Shown piece after piece: positions 6,175 through 10,623 of a DNA stretch of 10,623 bases. The DNA comes from Syntrophomonadaceae bacterium. Lineage in GTDB: Bacteria > Bacillota > Syntrophomonadia > Syntrophomonadales > Syntrophomonadaceae. The notes beneath the pieces were generated by a model. It saw nothing but the letters and a program-made list of their open reading frames with translations. It did not search any database and was not told the DNA's origin. Where the stretch lies: assembly GCA_035353375.1 (NCBI GenBank), contig DAOPZM010000018.1, forward strand, positions 26,713-37,335, read 5' to 3'. Position numbers and translations under genes: made by a program. The first letter of the stretch is position 1; each line of letters begins with the position of its first letter.

Positions 6175-6217
6175 AATATTCTGTTGCCAAACTGATTTGG
6201 CTCAGCGGCAGAATATT
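6175..6217 (+). promoter_or_regulatory. Compound stem-loop in the 5' UTR just upstream of the surface-protein Shine-Dalgarno sequence
   Basis: AATATTCTG..GCC (6175-6188) pairs with GGCAGAATATT (6207-6217). This encloses a perfect inner hairpin GCCAAA-CTGA-TTTGGC (6186-6201). No U-tract follows, so it is not a terminator. Confidence 0.35.
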
Positions 6218-6258
6218 GTTGAATAGTGGTGAATCAATAAATTTAGGAGGAATAGTAG

Positions 6259-8469
6259 ATGCATAGGATGACGAAAAAATTATCAGGAATTTTTTTATTA
6301 ACGATGCTGGTATTATTGCCGGTCTTATGGGGCTCTGATGAAGCAAGCGCAGCAAGTACCAGCCTTACGGTTACAAAGCTTGCTTCTGATGGTGAGACTG
6401 TCATCGCCGAGAGAACTGTTGATTATGAGTGGCTCATGGATCCTGACAATATAAGAGTAATGGGGGACGGAAATACCCATTATTATCACCAGGGACCGGT
6501 ATTTATCGACGACCCTGATGAACAGGCCGAAGAACAGCTGCGCTGGAATCCGGAGGAAGATACAAACGTAGAGGACAAGGATATGGGAGCTGTAATGGGT
6601 ACCAATGTTGAAGATCTCTGCGAGCTGGTCGGAGGTATGTCGCGCGGTGAAACATTACAGATTAAAGCCAGTGACGGTCTTAAAAAAATGTTTGATTATG
6701 AAAATGTGTACGGCTATTCCAGCAAGGAAGGGCCTATGGTTGTCTGCTGGTATAAAGACGGCATGTACCCGGACACCGGATATAGCGACGGCATGCGGCT
6801 GGTCTGGTTTGCCGATGATTCCACCAACCCTTGGGGAATCAACGTTTTCGGCAATTGGGACTGGCACGAAGCTGCTGATTCTGAATACTGGTATTATTAT
6901 CGCAGCGGCGGTGAAAGTTATCCAACTACCACCGGACTTTCGATACAAAATGTTGCTTATTTGACCATTTACAGCAATGAAGACCCGCCTAAAGAACCGG
7001 AAGCTGATTTTAAAGCGGACAAAACCTCCGGTTATGCACCTCTTTCCGTCAAATTTACTGACAAGTCTGCTAATTCTCCCAGTGAATATGAATGGGACTT
7101 TGATAATGACGGTAAGGTAGATTCTACCGATCAAAACCCGAGCTTTAAATACAGTGAACCGGGAGTCTATACAGTCTGTCTTACTGCAGCCAATAGTATC
7201 GGCAGCGACGAGATGGTTAAGGCCGATTACATTACAGTCAGGGAAAAACCGTCAACCAAGACCCTGTTCAATGGCACGGTGGATTTGACATCAGGAAAAA
7301 CTATAAACGTGACGGCCTATAACTCAAATTCAAAATATGAGGTGAGTGAGACAACGACCCTGGGTGCGCTTGCAGCAGCAGCCGATGAGAAAAACTTCGA
7401 TTATGAAGTTACGGATAAAAAATATTCACAGTCGGGCGTGCTTCTCCTGGATGAGATCGAGAGTTATATAAGCGATGATCCCGGGGACTGGTATGTTTAT
7501 ATCAATGATGTTTATAAAGACAGCTACAATAAAAAATCTCACGCTTTAAACCTGCTTGAACTTAAAGATGGTGACGAAGTTGATTTCTACTATGCAGAGG
7601 ATATTAACGATCCGGATGATATTGATGATGTTGAGTATTGGGCATCAGCCGCAATAAAAATTGCTGTGTCGATCAGTGAGGCTGCCAGCAAGCCGGTTGC
7701 AGCTTTTACTGCCGCCCCTGTCAATGGTACGGAACCTCTGACAGTCAGTTTTATCAACCAGTCTACCGGTACTGGACCGTTAACTTATGAATGGGATTTT
7801 GACAATGACGGGCTGGCAGACTCCACTGACCGTAATCCGGAATATATTTATAAGACTGCCGGGACTTACACGGTCAAACTGACAGTAACTAATGAAGCCG
7901 GCAGCGATGAGGAAATCAAGACGGGCTATATTACGGCCAAAGCTTCGGATATAGCTGCATTATATGACATTGCCGGACACTGGGCCCAGGGGAGTATAGA
8001 AAGTCTGTTGGCCTCAGGAGCTGTCAGCGGCTATCCTGACAATAGCTTCAGGCCGGATGCGACAATTACCCGGGGCGAGTTTGTCACTATCCTGGTAAAA
8101 GCTTTCAAACTCGAACCTGGGACCGGAAAATTATTCACAGATACGACCGGCCACTGGGCCAAAGACTATATTTCTGCTGCCGCAGCGCTGGGGATTGTAA
8201 ATGGTTACGATGTAAATTGCTTTGGCCCCGATGACCTGATCACCCGGGAACAGATGGCAGTGATGATTATCAAAGCGCTGGATATCGGACTGATACCCGG
8301 TGACCCTGCATTTTCCGACCAGACCAGCATCTCTGACTGGGCAAAAAGTTCAGTAAAAACGGCCGGCGAGGAAGGGATTTTATCGGGGTATCCGGATAAC
8401 ACCTTCCGTCCGCAGGGTAATGCAACCAGGGCAGAGGCGGTGATGGTAATTGCAAAGGCTTTGGAATAA
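6259..8469 (+). CDS. Sec-exported, SLH-anchored multidomain cell-surface protein. Domain order: signal peptide, ~210-aa N-terminal domain (sulfite-oxidase-family-like pattern), PKD, DUF4430-like, PKD, 3x SLH.
   Basis: 736-aa ORF with an AGGAGG Shine-Dalgarno sequence 8 nt upstream. Domains by nucleotide range:
- Signal peptide: MHRMTKKLSGIFLLTMLVLLPVLWGSDEASA, with no twin-arginine motif.
- N-terminal domain: ~6355-6990.
- PKD 1: ~7000-7240 (PLSVKFTDKS...WDFDNDGKVDS...NPSFKYSEPGVYTVCLTAANSIGSDE).
- DUF4430-like: ~7261-7600 (TTLGAL...GDWYVYINDV...LKDGDEVDFYYAE).
- PKD 2: ~7693-7940.
- Three SLH repeats: ~7966-8466 (DIAGHWAQ..., FTDTTGHWAKDYI..., FSDQTSISDWAKSSV...GYPDNTFRPQGNATRAEA). Confidence 0.9.
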   Translation: MHRMTKKLSGIFLLTMLVLLPVLWGSDEASAASTSLTVTKLASDGETVIAERTVDYEWLMDPDNIRVMGDGNTHYYHQGPVFIDDPDEQAEEQLRWNPEEDTNVEDKDMGAVMGTNVEDLCELVGGMSRGETLQIKASDGLKKMFDYENVYGYSSKEGPMVVCWYKDGMYPDTGYSDGMRLVWFADDSTNPWGINVFGNWDWHEAADSEYWYYYRSGGESYPTTTGLSIQNVAYLTIYSNEDPPKEPEADFKADKTSGYAPLSVKFTDKSANSPSEYEWDFDNDGKVDSTDQNPSFKYSEPGVYTVCLTAANSIGSDEMVKADYITVREKPSTKTLFNGTVDLTSGKTINVTAYNSNSKYEVSETTTLGALAAAADEKNFDYEVTDKKYSQSGVLLLDEIESYISDDPGDWYVYINDVYKDSYNKKSHALNLLELKDGDEVDFYYAEDINDPDDIDDVEYWASAAIKIAVSISEAASKPVAAFTAAPVNGTEPLTVSFINQSTGTGPLTYEWDFDNDGLADSTDRNPEYIYKTAGTYTVKLTVTNEAGSDEEIKTGYITAKASDIAALYDIAGHWAQGSIESLLASGAVSGYPDNSFRPDATITRGEFVTILVKAFKLEPGTGKLFTDTTGHWAKDYISAAAALGIVNGYDVNCFGPDDLITREQMAVMIIKALDIGLIPGDPAFSDQTSISDWAKSSVKTAGEEGILSGYPDNTFRPQGNATRAEAVMVIAKALE

Positions 8470-8612
8470 TTTAATTAATTGTAATTTCGGGAAAGTATCG
8501 GAGAAATGCTGCGGATAAAGAGTTCACATTCTTCCAAAAGGGGTGATAGAAACAATTAGATTTTTAACTGCTGAAGCATATTGATAAATTTTTAAAAGAG
8601 GGGAGAAAGTTG

Positions 8613-10623
8613 ATGGACAACCTGATAAAGAAAACTTTGGGAATACTGCTGGTCGCATTTATGCTTTTGATAACGGTAGTATTATCACCGGCAGAAGCAA
8701 GCGTAACAGCAGGGACAACCAGCCTTACCATCAAAAAGCTTGCTAATGACGGAACGACTGTTTTAAGCCAGAAGACTGTCACCTATCAGGAGTTAATGGC
8801 CGGGGAACTTAATGATGACACGGTTATACCCATATTAGGCGATGGAACTACTCATTATTATCACCAGGGACCGGTATTTGTCGACGATCCTGATGAGGCA
8901 ACCGAACAGACGCTTCGCTGGAATCAAGCGGAAGATACCAGTGTCCTGACTAAGGATATGGGGGCTGTCAAGGGTACCAATGTGAAGGACCTCTGTGACT
9001 TGGTCGGAGGTATGGTAACAGGTGATACATTACAAATTAAAGCCAGTGACGGTCTTAAGAAAACGTTTGCTTATGAAAATGTGTACGGATACTCGGTTCG
9101 TGAGGGGCCAATGGCGATATGCTGGTATAAGGACGGAGGAACTCCTGAAACAACCTATACCGAGGGCATGCGCCTGGTCTGGTTTGCCGATGATTCAGTC
9201 AACACATTGGGTGAGGGCGGAGCAGGTGTTCATGCCTTCGGCAACTGGGACTGGCACGAAGCTGCGGCTGAACAATACTGGTACTTTTACACGGATACTA
9301 CAGTAACAGGAACAGGAACTGAAACTGAATATTACCCTACCACAACCGGCCTGTCTGTACAAAAAGTTTCCGAATTGATTATATTAAGTGATGAAGAACC
9401 GCCGGCGCCGACAGCTGCCTTTACATCCGATGTACAATCCGGTGCAGCACCGCTGACAGTCAGCTTCACTGACCAGTCCACCTATAATCCCACTTCTTGG
9501 GCCTGGGATTTCAATAATGACAGTACGGTGGATTCTACCGAACAGAACCCCGAGTTTACTTATGAAACAGCCGGGACCTATACGGTTAAAATGACAGCGA
9601 CCAATGCAAAAGGCAACGATGAAGAGATAAAGACTGACTACATTACAGTAAGTCCTGCTCATGCTGACTTCCCCATACAGTTAATCGGTACGTCAACTGT
9701 TGACATGAGTAAAGCCGATATGGAAGGATTGCTTAATACAGCCAATACTTATACCGATAGCAACGGTAATATTTTTGCAGGCGTACCATTACAGCAACTG
9801 ATCGCTAAAGTGGATGATAATGATACTGCCACATTAAATACTTCACTTTTGGGAACCTATAATATTGTGTTTACAGGTTTGAACCAGGATGGGACCGACT
9901 TTGTTAAAACCGCGGCAGCAGGCAGTTGGAGTACCATGATTACGGATGGGAATATCCAGACCAATGACGTGTTTGTCGCTACCAAGGTAAAGATCGGTGG
10001 AACCGGTGAATTTGCCGATCTGCCACTTGTAAGTGTCAACAATGCAACTAAAAACTGGCGCCCAGGTATTTTGAACGGCAGCGGGATAACCGGATCAGGA
10101 AACCGCATCGGCGGGTTATACAAAATCGAATTGACTGGTCTTGCGGCGGTAGCACCGACAGCTGCCTTCACATCCGATGTACAATCCGGTGCAGCACCGC
10201 TGACGGTCAGCTTTACTGACCAGTCCACCGGAACCCCGACATCATGGGCCTGGGATTTCAATAATGACAGTACGGTGGATTCTACCGAACAGAATCCCGA
10301 ATTTACTTATGAAACAGCCGGGACCTATACGGTTAAACTGACAGCGACCAATACTGAAGGCAACGATGAAGAGATAAAGAATGACTACATTACGGTTACT
10401 GAAGCATCGACCATGGACGTACTGTATGACGGAACAGTTGCTTTAACACTTAATAAAACCTTCGATGTGACGGCTTACAACTCGTCTGCTTCTTATACAG
10501 TCGATGAAACTACCCCGTTGGGAGCACTACAGGCAACCGGCTTGACCTATGGAGTAACAGATAAGAATTATGCAAGCTCAGGAGCTTTGCTATTGGACAA
10601 TGTAGGAACTTATCTGCGTGATA
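8613..10623 (+). CDS. Paralogous Sec-exported multidomain surface protein, 3'-truncated by the window edge. Domain order: signal peptide, same N-terminal domain, PKD, second diverged molybdopterin-oxidoreductase-like domain, PKD, DUF4430-like...
   Basis: My own translation from the ATG at 8613 (GAGGGGAG Shine-Dalgarno sequence 7 nt upstream) is open through 10623: MDNLIKKTLGILLVAFMLLITVVLSPAEASVTAGTTSLTIKKLANDGTTVLSQKTVTYQELM...GDGTTHYYHQGPVFVDDPDE...LQIKASDGLKKTFAYENVYGY...GMRLVWFADDS...FGNWDWHEAA...YPTTTGLSVQKV... PKD domains lie at ~9411-9650 and ~10158-10397. A middle domain lies at ~9660-10140 (GVPLQQLIAKV...IVFTGLNQDGTDF...GGLYKIELTG). A DUF4430-like start follows (VLYDGTVALTLNKTFDVTAYN...TTPLGALQATGLTYGVTDKNY...). 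It is absent from the ORF track because no stop codon lies in the window. Confidence 0.88.
   Translation, partial: MDNLIKKTLGILLVAFMLLITVVLSPAEASVTAGTTSLTIKKLANDGTTVLSQKTVTYQELMAGELNDDTVIPILGDGTTHYYHQGPVFVDDPDEATEQTLRWNQAEDTSVLTKDMGAVKGTNVKDLCDLVGGMVTGDTLQIKASDGLKKTFAYENVYGYSVREGPMAICWYKDGGTPETTYTEGMRLVWFADDSVNTLGEGGAGVHAFGNWDWHEAAAEQYWYFYTDTTVTGTGTETEYYPTTTGLSVQKVSELIILSDEEPPAPTAAFTSDVQSGAAPLTVSFTDQSTYNPTSWAWDFNNDSTVDSTEQNPEFTYETAGTYTVKMTATNAKGNDEEIKTDYITVSPAHADFPIQLIGTSTVDMSKADMEGLLNTANTYTDSNGNIFAGVPLQQLIAKVDDNDTATLNTSLLGTYNIVFTGLNQDGTDFVKTAAAGSWSTMITDGNIQTNDVFVATKVKIGGTGEFADLPLVSVNNATKNWRPGILNGSGITGSGNRIGGLYKIELTGLAAVAPTAAFTSDVQSGAAPLTVSFTDQSTGTPTSWAWDFNNDSTVDSTEQNPEFTYETAGTYTVKLTATNTEGNDEEIKNDYITVTEASTMDVLYDGTVALTLNKTFDVTAYNSSASYTVDETTPLGALQATGLTYGVTDKNYASSGALLLDNVGTYLRD
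9408..9650 (+). repeat. Copy A of a ~243-bp intragenic direct repeat (a whole PKD module)
   Basis: It aligns without gaps to 10155-10397. By eye I count ~20 mismatches, about 92% identity. The offset is 747 bp (249 codons), so the copies are in frame. Confidence 0.85.
10155..10397 (+). repeat. Copy B of the ~243-bp intragenic direct repeat (PKD module)
   Basis: Same alignment as copy A. Mismatches cluster in one ~15-nt patch (TATAATCCCACTTCT vs GGAACCCCGACATCA) and in a second short patch (GCAAAA vs ACTGAA). Confidence 0.85.

Noticed and set aside
5014-6355. Small ORFs in the 1.3-kb intergenic region (5014-5259 +, 5339-5581 -, 5526-5714 -, 5941-6195 +, 6170-6355 -)
   Set aside because: They have non-ATG or Shine-Dalgarno-less starts and odd composition. 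They directly overlap the promoter, hairpin and terminator elements on the + strand. 5941-6195 would have to be translated through an intrinsic terminator.
6605-7134. Alternative-frame and antisense ORFs inside the first surface-protein gene (6605-6964 +, 6655-7134 -), plus analogous ones in the second gene (9022-9306 +, 9384-9662 -, 9857-10261 -)
   Set aside because: They are nested in long ORFs rich in recognisable domains. The similarity between the 6605 and 9022 translations simply reflects nucleotide paralogy of the host genes.
8470-8612. Searched for a terminator or promoter between the two surface-protein genes
   Set aside because: No stem plus U-tract and no convincing -35/-10 pair were found (only a weak TTCACA-18-TAGAAA). 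I therefore left the spacer unannotated and assume co-transcription is possible.

Overview
The window looks like a low-GC Gram-positive genome: it has SLH cell-wall anchors and strong GGAGG-type ribosome binding sites. A Clostridia or Peptococcaceae-like origin is only a guess.

Contents from left to right:
1. The 5' part of a minus-strand flavoprotein of the CoA-disulfide reductase / NADH oxidase family (1-742). It is missing from the ORF track because it runs off the left edge.
2. A divergent cadC/cadA-type metal-resistance pair. This is an ArsR/SmtB repressor (999-1367) and an HMA-less P1B-2 Zn/Cd/Pb P-type ATPase (1385-3307), with a recognisable promoter and SmtB-type operators.
3. A convergent minus-strand CoA-transferase of the 4-hydroxybutyrate / acetyl-CoA hydrolase-transferase family (3551-4933).
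4. A 1.3-kb gene-free interval (4934-6258). On the + strand it carries one strong sigma-A-type promoter and three successive modules of structured leader plus intrinsic terminator. Module 2 clearly, and module 3 more weakly, carry the hallmark strings of the Moco (molybdenum/tungsten cofactor) riboswitch. Module 1 has a clear terminator/antiterminator design but I cannot assign it to a class.
5. Two tandem paralogous genes (6259-8469, and 8613 to beyond 10623) for Sec-exported multidomain surface proteins. Each has a shared N-terminal domain of about 210 aa whose pattern recalls the sulfite-oxidase-family molybdopterin-binding fold, plus PKD domains and a DUF4430-like domain. The first protein ends in three SLH repeats.

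The most interesting hypothesis is that cofactor-sensing RNA elements in series control a pair of surface-displayed proteins that are not Tat-exported and are therefore presumably cofactor-free on export. This association is not part of the classical moa/mod/tup or Moco-enzyme regulon. All domain and RNA-class calls come from by-eye motif recognition and need covariance-model or HMM confirmation.
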